This document shows, one piece after another, positions 8,723-19,161 of a stretch of 64,000 bases of DNA. Each line of letters begins with the position of its first letter. Within the stretch, counting starts at the first letter, position 1. The notes below the pieces were generated by a model, which searched no databases, was not told the origin of the DNA, and saw only the letters and a list, made by a program, of their open reading frames with translations. The translations under genes were made by a program, and so were the position numbers. Origin of the DNA: an uncultured Clostridia bacterium. Its GTDB lineage: Bacteria > Bacillota > Clostridia > TANB77 > CAG-465. The stretch covers positions 7,713 to 71,712 of the forward strand of contig CALXES010000001.1 of assembly GCA_944387385.1 (NCBI GenBank). The letters are read 5' to 3'.

Positions 8723-10051
8723 ATGTCAAAAAAAGTAGTAGCCATTGTTGGAAGACCAAATGTTGGCAAATCCACTTTGTTTAACGTGTTAGCAGGAGAA
8801 AAGATTGCTATAATAAAAGATATCCCAGGAGTTACAAGAGATAGAATATATGCTAATTGCCAGTGGCGTGGAACAACGTTTCAAGTTATTGATACTGGAG
8901 GTATTGAGCCAGAGTCAGATGATATAATTTTAAAGCAAATGAGAAGGCAAGCCGAACTTGCTATGGATATTGCAGATGTAATTGTATTTATTACAGATGT
9001 AAAAGCAGGTGTTACAGTATCAGATGAAGAAGTTGCTCAGATGCTTAGAAAAACTAAAAAACCTGTAATTCTTGTATGTAATAAATGTGATAGAGTTGGA
9101 GCTCCGCCAGATGAGCTTTATGAATTTTATAGTTTGGGCCTTGGAGATCCTTATCCAATATCTGCAGGTAAAAAGCTTGGTATTGGTGAATTACTTGATG
9201 CAATATATGATAACTTTGATAATGTTGAACTAGAAGAGGAAGATGATGAGACAATTAGAGTTGCCGTGATAGGAAAACCTAATGCAGGAAAATCGTCTTT
9301 AATAAATAAAATACTAGGCGAAGACAGAGTAATAGTATCAGATATTGCAGGGACAACCAGAGATTCAATAGATACTTATTTTGAAAATAAACATGGAAAG
9401 TATATTTTTGTTGATACTGCAGGAATCAGAAGAAAAAATAAAGTATATGATAATTTAGAAAAATATTCTGTTTTAAAAGCTAAATCTGCAATAGAAAAAG
9501 CAAATGTATGCTTAATAATGATTGATGCAACAGAAGGCGTTACAGAACAAGATGAAAAGATTGCAGGAATTGCTCACGAAGCTGGAAAAGGTGTAATTAT
9601 AGTAATAAATAAATGGGATTTAATAGAAAAAGAAACAAATACTATGGATAAATATAAAAAACAAGTATATGATAAACTTGCATATTTATCTTATGCACCT
9701 ATAATATTTATTTCAGCAGTTACAGGACAAAGAATAGATAAACTTTTTGGTATGATAAATGAAGTAGATAAACAAAATAGTCAAAGAATACCAACTGGAT
9801 TATTAAATGATGTTTTAGCAGAAGCTGTTACAATAACACAGCCACCATCTGATAAGGGAAGAAGACTTAAAGTATATTATATGACACAAGTATCGATAAG
9901 GCCTCCTACTTTTGTAATATTTGTTAATTCAAAGCAATTAATGCATTTTTCATATGTAAGATATATTGAAAATCATTTAAGAAAACAGTTTGGATTTAAA
10001 GGTACACCAATTCATATGATAATACGTGAAAGAAATGGTAAAGGTGAATAA
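8723..10051 (+). CDS. der: ribosome-associated GTPase Der/EngA
   Basis: Two tandem GTPase domains (GRPNVGKS and GKPNAGKS, two DTAG/DTGG, two NKxD) plus a KH-like C-terminus. Confidence 0.96.
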   Translation: MSKKVVAIVGRPNVGKSTLFNVLAGEKIAIIKDIPGVTRDRIYANCQWRGTTFQVIDTGGIEPESDDIILKQMRRQAELAMDIADVIVFITDVKAGVTVSDEEVAQMLRKTKKPVILVCNKCDRVGAPPDELYEFYSLGLGDPYPISAGKKLGIGELLDAIYDNFDNVELEEEDDETIRVAVIGKPNAGKSSLINKILGEDRVIVSDIAGTTRDSIDTYFENKHGKYIFVDTAGIRRKNKVYDNLEKYSVLKAKSAIEKANVCLIMIDATEGVTEQDEKIAGIAHEAGKGVIIVINKWDLIEKETNTMDKYKKQVYDKLAYLSYAPIIFISAVTGQRIDKLFGMINEVDKQNSQRIPTGLLNDVLAEAVTITQPPSDKGRRLKVYYMTQVSIRPPTFVIFVNSKQLMHFSYVRYIENHLRKQFGFKGTPIHMIIRERNGKGE

Positions 10052-10067
10052 GAAAGGAAGATGTAAT

Positions 10068-10988
10068 ATGGAAAAAATGTTAGTTTTTGGACATAAAAGT
10101 CCAGATACAGATACAATTTGCTCAGCAATTGTAATGTCAGATTTTCAAAAAAAGCTAGGTAAAGAAGTAAAAGCAGTAAGACTTGGGGAACTAAATAAGG
10201 AGACAAAATTTGCTTTAAATTATTTTGGATTTGAAGCACCAGAGTTAATCTCTAAAATAGAAGAAGGTCAAGAAGTTATATTAGTTGATCATAATGAATT
10301 TTCACAAAGTGTAGATGGAATCGAAAAAGCAAAAATAAAAATGGTTGTAGATCATCATAGAATTTGTGATTTTAATACAGCAGAGCCTCTATATTATAGA
10401 GCAGAACCAGTGGGATGTACAAATACAATTTTACTTAAAATGTATAAAGAAAATGGATTTGAAATAGATAAGAAATTAGCAGGACTTATGCTTAGTGCTA
10501 TAATATCAGATACATTGTTACTAAAATCTCCAACAAAGACAGATGAGGATGAAAAAGCAATAAAAGAATTAGCTCAAATTACAGGAGTAGATTATAATTC
10601 ATATGGACTTGAAATGCTTAAAGCTGGAACAGATTTAAGTGATTATACAGCAGAAGAGCTAATAGCACTTGATTGCAAAAAATGTGATTTAAAGGATAAA
10701 AAAGCAAAAGTTGCACAAGTAAATACAGCAGATATTACTGAGATGATGAAGAGAAAAGCAGATTTTGAAGTAGCTATGGAAAAAGACATTAAAACAAATG
10801 GTCTTGATATATTTGTATTTGTTATAACAGATATATTAGAGAGTAATTCACAAGCGATTGTTCTTGGAGAATCTACTGAAATATTTGAAAAAGGATTTGG
10901 TAAAAAACTTGAAGATAATACTGCATTTTTACCAGGCGTTGTTTCTAGAAAGAAACAAATTCTTCCAGTATTACAAGAAAATGCATAA
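10068..10988 (+). CDS. ppaC: manganese-dependent inorganic pyrophosphatase (family II, DHH)
   Basis: FGHKSPDTDTICSA, DHNE, VDHHR and the DHHA2 region. ATG 10068 is preferred over the listed start 10026, which overlaps der. Confidence 0.92.
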   Translation: MEKMLVFGHKSPDTDTICSAIVMSDFQKKLGKEVKAVRLGELNKETKFALNYFGFEAPELISKIEEGQEVILVDHNEFSQSVDGIEKAKIKMVVDHHRICDFNTAEPLYYRAEPVGCTNTILLKMYKENGFEIDKKLAGLMLSAIISDTLLLKSPTKTDEDEKAIKELAQITGVDYNSYGLEMLKAGTDLSDYTAEELIALDCKKCDLKDKKAKVAQVNTADITEMMKRKADFEVAMEKDIKTNGLDIFVFVITDILESNSQAIVLGESTEIFEKGFGKKLEDNTAFLPGVVSRKKQILPVLQENA

Positions 10989-10990
10989 AT

Positions 10991-11018
10991 AAAAAAGCAC
11001 CTATTAGGTGCTTTTTAT
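10991..11018 (+). terminator. Rho-independent terminator
   Basis: Stem aaaagcacc/ggtgctttt followed by a T-run. Confidence 0.8.
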
Positions 11019-11072
11019 TTGACTTTATTTTTTTGTAGTTATATAATTTTATTTAAAGTTATGGAGGATAAG

Positions 11073-11804
11073 ATGGCAAGAAGATTTATAGTAAAAGATG
11101 AAGATGTTAGTATTTTAGATGAAAAGAATATAAAAATAAATGGACCTGAAGTAAAACATATACAAGTTTTAAGGCACAATGTAGGAGAAAACATAATTGT
11201 AAATGAAAATGTATATAAAATATTATCAATTGGAAAAGATAATATAGATTTAGAGTATATAGAAAAAGCACCATTGACTGGTATACCTACAAGCGATATA
11301 ACTTTGTATGTAGCTTTCTTAAAATCTGAAAAGATGGATTATTTAGTTCAAAAAGCTGTTGAAATAGGCGTAAAAAGAATAGTACCTTTTTTCTCTAAAA
11401 ATGTTGTTGTTAAATTGGATGAAAAAGCTAGACAAAAACGTAAAGAAAAATTACAAAAAGTTGCAGATGAGGCGTGTAAACAGTGTGGAAGAATGGATCT
11501 TGTTGTAGTTGATGATTTTTTAAATTTTAAAGAATTAAAAGAAAGTTTAAAAGAAGGAAAAGTTTTTTTTGCTTATGAAGCGTCAAAAGATTCTTTAAAA
11601 AAAGAAATTATAGATTTAAAGGAAAGGAAAATAAATAATGTGGGGATAATAATTGGTGCAGAAGGAGGATTTACTATTCAAGAAGCAGAAGAGCTAAATA
11701 GTTTTAAAAATGTATGTTGCGTTAGTTTAGGTGATAGAATATTAAGAGCAGAGACTGCTGCAATAAAATTATTATCAATAATTATATATGAAATGGAGGA
11801 GTAA
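11073..11804 (+). CDS. rsmE: 16S rRNA (uracil1498-N3)-methyltransferase
   Basis: MARRFIV start typical of RsmE, with PUA-like and SPOUT regions (IIIGAEGGF, LGxRILRAETA). The ATG at 11073 is 5 nt after GGAGG. Confidence 0.88.
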   Translation: MARRFIVKDEDVSILDEKNIKINGPEVKHIQVLRHNVGENIIVNENVYKILSIGKDNIDLEYIEKAPLTGIPTSDITLYVAFLKSEKMDYLVQKAVEIGVKRIVPFFSKNVVVKLDEKARQKRKEKLQKVADEACKQCGRMDLVVVDDFLNFKELKESLKEGKVFFAYEASKDSLKKEIIDLKERKINNVGIIIGAEGGFTIQEAEELNSFKNVCCVSLGDRILRAETAAIKLLSIIIYEMEE

Positions 11805-11809
11805 AAAAT

Positions 11810-12823
11810 ATGGGAAAAATAATTTATCCAAATAAATTAAAAGTTGGAGATACGGTTGGAATAACTGCGGTGTCAATGCCGGCAAATGATGAAAAGATAG
11901 ATTTAGCTATAAATAATTTAAAAGAGTTAGGTCTTAAAGTTGTAGAAACAAGTAATGTTAGAAGTACTGGAATTGTAAGCTCAGATGGAAAAAGAAGAGC
12001 AGAGGAATTTCTAGAATTATATAAGAATCCTGATGTAAAATATATAATAGCAGCAAGAGGTGGAGAGTTTTTAATGGAAATGCTTCCATACTTAAAAGGC
12101 CATGAAGATATAATTAGAAATAATGTAAAATGGTTTCAAGGTTTTTCCGATCCGTCACTTTTAAATTTATATATAACAACAAATTTTAACATTGCTACTA
12201 TTAATATGGAAAATATAAGCGATTATGCTATGAAACCAAGATTTAAGTCATTACAGGATTCTTTAGACTTTATGTTTAAAGATGAAAATGAGTTTGTTCA
12301 AGAAAGTTTTGAAAAATATCAAAAGCAAGAATTTGAAGAAGGAAACTTAAAGGGATATAATTTAACTGAAAAAAATATATATGAATGTGATACTAATAAT
12401 GTAAAATTTGAAGGAAGACTAATTGGTGGATGTATAGATGTGTTTAATATGATTTCTGGAACTGATTTGGATAAAATTGAAGAATTTGTTTCTCAATTTG
12501 ATGATGACGGAGTTATTTGGTATTTAGATAACTGTGAACTTGCACCATGTGAATTTTATAGAAGACTTTGGTATATGAAGCAAAAAAATTATTTTAAAAA
12601 TGTAAGAGGATTTTTAATAGGTCGTTCTTTTATGCAATATAACAATAATGAGTTTTTTACTTTTAAAGATGCTGTGGAAAGAGCTTTAAGAGAACTAAAT
12701 GTGCCAATAGTATATAATGTCGATACTGGACATATTCCACCACAGATGTACATGATAAATGGCTCTTATGCTATATTTGAATATAATAATGGAAAAGGAA
12801 AATTAACTCAAAAATTAATATAA
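11810..12823 (+). CDS. S66-family LD-carboxypeptidase / MccF-like serine peptidase
   Basis: RAEEFxxLYxNPDVKxIIAARGG, the GFSDPS nucleophile elbow and a C-terminal TGH motif. Confidence 0.8.
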   Translation: MGKIIYPNKLKVGDTVGITAVSMPANDEKIDLAINNLKELGLKVVETSNVRSTGIVSSDGKRRAEEFLELYKNPDVKYIIAARGGEFLMEMLPYLKGHEDIIRNNVKWFQGFSDPSLLNLYITTNFNIATINMENISDYAMKPRFKSLQDSLDFMFKDENEFVQESFEKYQKQEFEEGNLKGYNLTEKNIYECDTNNVKFEGRLIGGCIDVFNMISGTDLDKIEEFVSQFDDDGVIWYLDNCELAPCEFYRRLWYMKQKNYFKNVRGFLIGRSFMQYNNNEFFTFKDAVERALRELNVPIVYNVDTGHIPPQMYMINGSYAIFEYNNGKGKLTQKLI

Positions 12824-12856
12824 GGAATGTGTTATTCCCACATTCCTTTTTTGTTT
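12824..12856. terminator. bidirectional terminator overlapping the 3' end of the nuclease gene
   Basis: Stem ggaatgtg/cacattcc, with a T-run on the + strand and a U-rich tail on the - strand. Confidence 0.65.
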
Positions 12857-13413
12857 TCTTTCGCTTGAGTTTGAGCATCTTCTAGATAACTTTGCAAAGT
12901 TATATCTGGCTTATAATAATTACTTTCTGCATATCCCTCATATACTAAAGAGTAGTTGAATAAGTAGTTTTTTATGTTTTCTTCATTTATCACATCAATT
13001 TTATCAGTCCATACATATCTAAGAAGTCTATCATAGCTATCAGTATCTGATACATCTTTTTGTAAATAAATAGTTTTATTTAATAGTTTATGAGTAGTAA
13101 ATTCAGTTGCTTCTTTACCATATGGTTCTATTTCTTTTGTATATTCAGGTGAATTAACACCAATTAATCTAATTTTTTCTTCTTTACCTTCAATATTTAC
13201 CCATATTGTATCTCCGTCTACTACCTTTGTTACATAAGCTTCTTGAAGATTAATTTCATCATTAGTATTGAAGATATTATCTAGTATATTTGAGCTATTA
13301 CTTTCATTTAGTTTTGCTTTGTTATTTAATAAATCTTTTGCAAATATTGCAAAAAACATTGTAATACATATGATGAGTATAGTTATAATTAGATATTTAA
13401 TTTTATTCTTCAT
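12832..13413 (-). CDS. secreted thermonuclease (staphylococcal nuclease family)
   Basis: N-terminal TM/signal anchor, VVDGDTI, RLIGVNSPE, YGKEAT and DRYDRLLRYV motifs. Confidence 0.88.
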   Translation of the reverse strand: MKNKIKYLIITILIICITMFFAIFAKDLLNNKAKLNESNSSNILDNIFNTNDEINLQEAYVTKVVDGDTIWVNIEGKEEKIRLIGVNSPEYTKEIEPYGKEATEFTTHKLLNKTIYLQKDVSDTDSYDRLLRYVWTDKIDVINEENIKNYLFNYSLVYEGYAESNYYKPDITLQSYLEDAQTQAKENKKGMWE

Positions 13414-13460
13414 TAATTTATCACCAATAATATTATATAATAAATTAATAATAAAGCAAA

Positions 13461-14180
13461 TTATTTACTATTTTTTACTATATCTTTTATTGTCAAAAAT
13501 TCATCAACACTTACAAATTCATAGCCTAGCCCTTTATAATATGTAATTATATCTTTTGCAGCATCAACGCTACTTTGTAAAATATCATGCATAAGAATAA
13601 TATCATTACCCGTTGTATTTTGTTTAATATATTCTATTACTTTGTCTTTGTCTTTAAATTTCCAATCGAGTGAATCTACAGTCCATAAAACATTTTCTAA
13701 GTTTACTTCTTTTAAAGTTTCTTTTACATTATCATCTATGATACCATAAGGTACACGTATATATTTTGGAGTAGTATTAGTTATATCTTGTATTATATTT
13801 GAGGTTTTATTTATTTGTTCTAAAACTTCTTCTTTAGAAATCTTAGTGAAAAATTTGTGTGTATAACTATGTATACATACTAAGTTGTTACTTGAATTTT
13901 CTCTTAAGACAATGTCTGGATATTTTTCTGCTTGCTCACCTAATAAGAAAAATGTGGCAGGAGTATTAGTACTTTCTAAAAAGTCAAGGAGCTCTGAAGT
14001 ATATTTGCTTGGACCATCATCAAAAGTTAGTACGAGAAGTTTTTTTTCTTTATACAATGAAATTAAATATTCTTTTCTAGTTTGAGTATTACCATTAATA
14101 TATATGTTTAAAAAATTTGCTGTAACTAACATTATAGTTATAAATACTATTTTATAATTTACTTTTATAGTGTAAAACAT
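13461..14180 (-). CDS. polysaccharide deacetylase (NodB homology domain)
   Basis: LTFDDGP, HSYTH and LMHD motifs with an N-terminal TM. ATG 14180 is 8 nt after GAGGG, whereas the listed start 14195 is a TTG. Confidence 0.85.
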   Translation of the reverse strand: MFYTIKVNYKIVFITIMLVTANFLNIYINGNTQTRKEYLISLYKEKKLLVLTFDDGPSKYTSELLDFLESTNTPATFFLLGEQAEKYPDIVLRENSSNNLVCIHSYTHKFFTKISKEEVLEQINKTSNIIQDITNTTPKYIRVPYGIIDDNVKETLKEVNLENVLWTVDSLDWKFKDKDKVIEYIKQNTTGNDIILMHDILQSSVDAAKDIITYYKGLGYEFVSVDEFLTIKDIVKNSK

Positions 14181-14236
14181 AATGATTTCCCTCAATATAT
14201 GTATATGAAAAACAAAACAATATATCCATATATGGT

Positions 14237-14265
14237 TTGACTTAAAAACTTATGTTTGGTATAAT
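14237..14265 (+). promoter_or_regulatory. sigma-A-like promoter for ruvB
   Basis: TTGACT (14237-14242), 17-nt spacer, TATAAT (14260-14265). Confidence 0.55.
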
Positions 14266-14288
14266 AAACATACTAGAGGTGGAAAAAA

Positions 14289-15314
14289 ATGATTGAAGAT
14301 AGAGTTATATCACCAGAACTAATCGATGAAGATGAAGAGTTTGAGGCAAAAGTAGAAGAATCTAGTCTTAGACCTCAAATTTTTTCTGAATATATTGGAC
14401 AAGATAAGGTAAAGGAAAATTTAAAAGTATATATTGAAGCTGCCAAATCAAGAGGGGAGGCTTTAGATCACGTACTTTTATATGGACCTCCAGGTCTTGG
14501 AAAAACTACTCTTGCTACAATTATTGCAAATGAAATGGGAAGCAATATAAAAATAACATCAGGACCTGCAATAGAAAAAGCGGGAGATTTAGCTGCAATT
14601 TTAACTAATCTTCAAGAAAATGATATATTATTTATAGATGAGATACATAGGCTTAATAAGTCAGTAGAAGAAATTTTATATCCAGCGCTTGAAGATTTTA
14701 GCTTAGACATAATAATTGGAAAAGGACCTGCAGCTAAGTCTATAAGGTTAGATCTTCCAAAATTTACTCTTGTAGGAGCAACTACAAAAGCTGGTTCGCT
14801 TTCTTCACCGCTTCGCGATAGATTTGGAATAATACATAGACTTGAATTATATACTGAAAAGGAGCTTGCAAAGATTATAACTAGAAGCGCAGGAATTTTA
14901 GGAGTAAAAATAGATGAGGAAGCTTCATTAGAAATTGGATCTAGATGCAGAGGTACTCCAAGAATTGCTAACAGACTATTAAAAAGAGTAAGAGATTTCG
15001 CACAAGTAGAAAAGAAAGAATTTATAGATTATGATATTGCTAAAAGAGCTTTAGATAGACTTGAAGTAGATGAAATAGGACTAGATAATACAGATAGAAT
15101 AATGCTTGATGCAGTAATTGAAAAGTTTAATGGTGGCCCTGTTGGTCTTGAAACACTTGCTGCATGTATTGGAGAAGATAAGGATACAATAGAAGATGTT
15201 TATGAACCATATTTAATGCAAATAGGATTTCTTACAAGAGGACCAAGGGGACGAATTGCTACTCCTCTTGCATATGAGCATCTTGGAATAGAGTATCCAT
15301 TTAAAAATAAGTAG
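14289..15314 (+). CDS. ruvB: Holliday junction branch-migration helicase RuvB
   Basis: LRPQxFxEYIGQ, [15 protein letters not shown] and the [11 protein letters not shown] sensor region. Confidence 0.97.
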   Translation: MIEDRVISPELIDEDEEFEAKVEESSLRPQIFSEYIGQDKVKENLKVYIEAAKSRGEALDHVLLYGPPGLGKTTLATIIANEMGSNIKITSGPAIEKAGDLAAILTNLQENDILFIDEIHRLNKSVEEILYPALEDFSLDIIIGKGPAAKSIRLDLPKFTLVGATTKAGSLSSPLRDRFGIIHRLELYTEKELAKIITRSAGILGVKIDEEASLEIGSRCRGTPRIANRLLKRVRDFAQVEKKEFIDYDIAKRALDRLEVDEIGLDNTDRIMLDAVIEKFNGGPVGLETLAACIGEDKDTIEDVYEPYLMQIGFLTRGPRGRIATPLAYEHLGIEYPFKNK

Positions 15315-15323
15315 GAGATTATT

Positions 15324-15902
15324 ATGAAAAGAGTTTTAATGCATGTGTGTTGTGCACCATGTTTTATTATGATACAAGAAGATATTGAAAAAAATGGAAT
15401 GCTAGTAGATGGCAAAAGAGAGAAAGTAGATTTAACTGCATATTGGTATAATCCTAATATTCATCCAAAAGCAGAATATGAAAGAAGAAAAGATTCATTT
15501 ATTAAGTTTTGTGAAATGAAAAATGTTAAAAATGTAATCTGCGATGAGTACGATATGAACGGATTTATTAAAAACGTTGTAGAAAATGTAGGTGAAGGTA
15601 AAAAATGGAGCATTAGATGTAAGTACTGTTATTATAGAAGGCTTGAAAATACTTTTAAGTATGCTTATGATAATGGTTATGATATTGTATCTACAACTCT
15701 TACAAGAAGTCCATATCAAAATCATGATATAATAAATTCTGTTGCAGAGGAACTTTCTAAAAAATATGGGATAAAATATGTTTATTCAGATTATAGACAT
15801 ACATATTATGAAGGTCAAAAAAAAGCTAGAGAATACGAATTATATATGCAAAAATTTTGTGGATGTGTATTCTCTTTTGACTCAGGAAAGTGGGTGTACT
15901 AA
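15324..15902 (+). CDS. queH: epoxyqueuosine reductase QueH (DUF208)
   Basis: MHVCCAPC N-terminal cysteine cluster, plus the CxxCYxxR and FCGC motifs typical of QueH. Confidence 0.85.
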   Translation: MKRVLMHVCCAPCFIMIQEDIEKNGMLVDGKREKVDLTAYWYNPNIHPKAEYERRKDSFIKFCEMKNVKNVICDEYDMNGFIKNVVENVGEGKKWSIRCKYCYYRRLENTFKYAYDNGYDIVSTTLTRSPYQNHDIINSVAEELSKKYGIKYVYSDYRHTYYEGQKKAREYELYMQKFCGCVFSFDSGKWVY

Positions 15903-16777
15903 TGAAAAAATATTCAAAGGAAAAATTAAAATTTAGAAGATTGTTTATATTTTTAATTATACTATTAGTAGTAATTTTTATATTTGGTGCTATACTTTTA
16001 TTTGCTTTTTGTTTAAATGATAAATTCGAGATATCGCCTGAAGAAAATGATGCAATTAATGTTTCAGATGATGTTGCATCAAATTCTTTGCCTATTGTTA
16101 TAGACAATTTAGTCGTTGGTGCAATATATGAAAATACGTGGGTTAGTGCAAATAAATATTACCTTAAAAGTAACCAAAAATCAGACTTAGAGACCTATGT
16201 GTATAATAGCTCTTCAAGAGCAGGTGAATATATAATTGAAGAAGTATATACATATGGAGATAGTGTATTTGCAGATAGTACATATCCAAATAATATAGAT
16301 GAATATTTTGCTATACCAACAGATAGTTATGCTCTTGTATCACAATTTAATGAAGCTCAAGTAGAAGAGGTGGACTATACATATATAAAAAAAGCACTAG
16401 GATTTTATAGGATATACAATAGCAGTATAAATATAACTAAAGTTTATTCTGGATATGTAGATGTTGATAATCCAATCAGAGTGATTTCGTTTACAAGCTC
16501 TAAAAAAGGACTTTTTGGAGGAGTATATAGTGCTATAGTTGTTGCAAACATAAATACAGGTAAAGCTAAAATACTTCAGTATAGCTATACAAAAGATTTT
16601 GAAAATAGTTATGATTTTCCTCTATATTCTGTAGAATTTTTAGCAGATTTTAATGGAGACGGAAAAGCAGAACTTGTAACAAGAGAAGTTACGGAATTTA
16701 ATGTTACATATAATATTTTTGAGTATAAAGAAAATAAATATATAAAAGTATTAAGTGAGACAATTAAAGAAAAATAA
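15902..16777 (+). CDS. membrane-anchored hypothetical protein with an FG-GAP-like C-terminal motif
   Basis: The ATG at 15902 overlaps the queH stop by 1 nt. It has one TM helix, and DFNGDGKAELV near the C-terminus. Confidence 0.55.
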   Translation: MKKYSKEKLKFRRLFIFLIILLVVIFIFGAILLFAFCLNDKFEISPEENDAINVSDDVASNSLPIVIDNLVVGAIYENTWVSANKYYLKSNQKSDLETYVYNSSSRAGEYIIEEVYTYGDSVFADSTYPNNIDEYFAIPTDSYALVSQFNEAQVEEVDYTYIKKALGFYRIYNSSINITKVYSGYVDVDNPIRVISFTSSKKGLFGGVYSAIVVANINTGKAKILQYSYTKDFENSYDFPLYSVEFLADFNGDGKAELVTREVTEFNVTYNIFEYKENKYIKVLSETIKEK

Positions 16778-16790
16778 TTAATATTATTTA

Positions 16791-16819
16791 TTGACATTAC
16801 ATAAAATAAATAGTATAAT
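16791..16819 (+). promoter_or_regulatory. sigma-A promoter of the thrS leader
   Basis: Consensus TTGACA (16791-16796), 17-nt spacer, TATAAT (16814-16819). Confidence 0.7.
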
Positions 16820-16827
16820 ATGAATAT

Positions 16828-17053
16828 AACGTTGACGGGACGAGTAAGTTTTAACACTGTTAGTAGAGATAATTGGTCGTGGGCTGAAAGCCAATTTTAA
16901 TAAGATATTACTGAAGACTACCCCTGAGTTAGTAGGAAACTACCGTTGACTACGTAAAGTCATAAATTAAGTAAAATATTAGGGTGGAACCGTGCAATAG
17001 ATAAGATTGTACCCCTATAGGCAAAAAAATGTGTCTATGGGGTACATTTTTTT
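16828..17053 (+). promoter_or_regulatory. T-box riboswitch leader (threonine specifier)
   Basis: GA/K-turn-like start (GACGAGTAAG), AGAGA specifier-loop element, Thr codons ACU ACC at 16917-16922, and the T-box sequence AGGGTGGAACCGTG (16981-16994). The terminator is gtacccctatag/ctatggggtac plus T7 (17009-17053). Confidence 0.88.
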
Positions 17054-17177
17054 GTAGAAAACTTAGAGAAAAATAAGGAGGAATGGTTCTATGTTAAATA
17101 TTTTAAGAAAAGTCACGAGAAGTATTTAAACACATAATTAATATAGTATAAATACAATAAAATAGGAGTGATTTAAT

Positions 17178-18959
17178 ATGAGTAAATATGTAAATAAAAA
17201 TAATGAAGTATACGAAGGTGAAATGGATTTAAATATTTTAAGACATACAGCGTCACATATTATGGCACAAGCTATAAAAAGACTATTTCCACAAGCAAAA
17301 CTTGCAATAGGACCTTTTATAGAAAATGGATTTTATTATGACGTAGATGTTGAACCTAAAATAGTAGAGGCAGATCTTGAAAAAATTGAAGCTGAGATGA
17401 AAAAAATAATAAAAGAAAATTTAAGGATTGAGGGATTTACTCTTCCAAGACAAGAAGCTATAAAACTAATGGAAGAAAGAGGAGAACCATATAAAGTAGA
17501 ATTAATTAATGATTTGCCAGAAGGTGAAGAGATATCATTTTTTAAACAAGGCGAATTTGTAGATTTATGTACAGGTCCACATATGCTTTATACAAAAGCT
17601 GTAAAGGTATTTAAATTAATGAATATTACTGGTGCATATTGGAAAGGTGACGAAAAAAATAAAATGCTACAAAGAATTTATGCAACAGCTTTTGATTCAA
17701 AAGAAGGACTTGAAAAGTATTTAGAAGAACTTGAAGAAGCAAAACAAAGAGACCATAGAAAAATAGGAAAAGATTTGGAATTATTTATGACTCATGAACT
17801 TGTTGGTTCAGGACTTCCAATGTATCTTCCAAATGGATCAACAATAAGAAGACTACTTGAAAGATATATTGTAGATAAGGAAGTTGCTATGGGATATAAG
17901 CATGTTTATACACCATCTCTTGCAAATGTAGCACTATATAAAACTAGTGGACACTGGGATCACTATAAAGATGATATGTTTCCTGTAATGGAAATGGGTC
18001 AAGAATCAATGGTGCTTCGTCCAATGAATTGTCCACATCATATGCTAATATATAAAAATAAACTTCGTTCATATAGAGATTTACCAATAAGAATTGGTGA
18101 ACTTGCTCATGATTTTAGATATGAATCAAGCGGAGCAGTATGTGGACTTGAAAGAGTAAGAGAAATGTGTCAAAATGATGCACACTTATTTGTAAGACCA
18201 GATCAAATTAAAGAAGAATTTGGAAAAGTTGTAGAACTTATTTTAGCAGTATATAAAGATTTTGGATTTAAAGACTATAGTTTTAGATTATCATTAAGAG
18301 ATAAAAACGATAAAGAAAAATATTTTGATGATGATAAGATGTGGGAAGATGCAGAGTCACAACTTAGAGAAATCTTAGTTGAACTTGGTGTAGATTTTTA
18401 TGAGGCAGAAGGTGAAGCTGCATTTTATGGTCCAAAGTTAGATGTTCAATTAAAATCTGCAGTGGGACATGATGTAACTGTTTCAACTTGTCAATTAGAT
18501 TTTTTACTACCACAAAGATTTGAGCTTGAATATGTTGGAGAAGATGGAGAAAAACATAGACCAGTTGTAATTCATAGAGCAATTCTTGGAACAATTGATA
18601 GGTTTATGTGTTTCTTAATTGAAGAGACAAAAGGTGCCTTTCCATTATGGTTATCTCCAGTTCAAGTTAAAATTTTAACAATTGCAGATAGACATAATGA
18701 TTATGCAGATAAACTTGCAGAAAAACTTGAAAGAAGTGGTATTAGGGTTGAAGTAGATGAAAGAGAAGAAAAGATGGGATATAAAATAAGAGAAGCTCAA
18801 CTTCAAAAAATACCATATATGATAGTTGTTGGAGATAAAGAACTTGAAGAGGAAAAAGTAAGTGTACGTACTAGAGAATCAAGAGAATTAGTTTCAATGT
18901 TTCAAAATGAATTTATTGAAAAAATTAAAGATGAAGCAAAAGTTCCTTCAAATATGTAG
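17178..18959 (+). CDS. thrS: threonine--tRNA ligase, short form without the N-terminal TGS domain
   Basis: 593 aa. The editing-domain HxxxH motif ([12 protein letters not shown]) begins at residue 22. Class II core (MNCPHH, FRYE, QNDAHLF, GPKLD) and anticodon-binding domain are present. Confidence 0.95.
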   Translation: MSKYVNKNNEVYEGEMDLNILRHTASHIMAQAIKRLFPQAKLAIGPFIENGFYYDVDVEPKIVEADLEKIEAEMKKIIKENLRIEGFTLPRQEAIKLMEERGEPYKVELINDLPEGEEISFFKQGEFVDLCTGPHMLYTKAVKVFKLMNITGAYWKGDEKNKMLQRIYATAFDSKEGLEKYLEELEEAKQRDHRKIGKDLELFMTHELVGSGLPMYLPNGSTIRRLLERYIVDKEVAMGYKHVYTPSLANVALYKTSGHWDHYKDDMFPVMEMGQESMVLRPMNCPHHMLIYKNKLRSYRDLPIRIGELAHDFRYESSGAVCGLERVREMCQNDAHLFVRPDQIKEEFGKVVELILAVYKDFGFKDYSFRLSLRDKNDKEKYFDDDKMWEDAESQLREILVELGVDFYEAEGEAAFYGPKLDVQLKSAVGHDVTVSTCQLDFLLPQRFELEYVGEDGEKHRPVVIHRAILGTIDRFMCFLIEETKGAFPLWLSPVQVKILTIADRHNDYADKLAEKLERSGIRVEVDEREEKMGYKIREAQLQKIPYMIVVGDKELEEEKVSVRTRESRELVSMFQNEFIEKIKDEAKVPSNM

Positions 18960-18970
18960 ATTAAGCGGTA

Positions 18971-19005
18971 AGTTAGCAAAATTAGTAATTTTGCTAACTT
19001 TTTTA
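18971..19005 (+). terminator. Rho-independent terminator
   Basis: Perfect 13-bp stem agttagcaaaatt/aattttgctaact with a 3-nt loop and a T-run. Confidence 0.85.
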
Positions 19006-19132
19006 TGTCTTGTATATAGAGCAAATACAACATTTTTTTAATATTAAAACTTAAATAATTACAATTAAAATACAAAAAAATTACTTTATTTTTACATAGA
19101 TATTAAATAAGTAGAAATAGAAGTATCATAAA

Positions 19133-19161
19133 TCGACTTTTGTATTATTATGTGATAATAT
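19133..19161 (+). promoter_or_regulatory. candidate promoter for the first stalk-protein gene
   Basis: TCGACT, 17-nt spacer, TGa-TAATAT (extended -10). Confidence 0.35.

Noticed and set aside
17091-17129. A 12-codon ORF (MLNILRKVTRSI) with a strong AAGGAGG, lying between the T-box terminator and thrS.
   Set aside because: It is too short to support as a gene from sequence alone, and its single Thr codon gives no convincing attenuation logic. I mention it only as context in the T-box finding.
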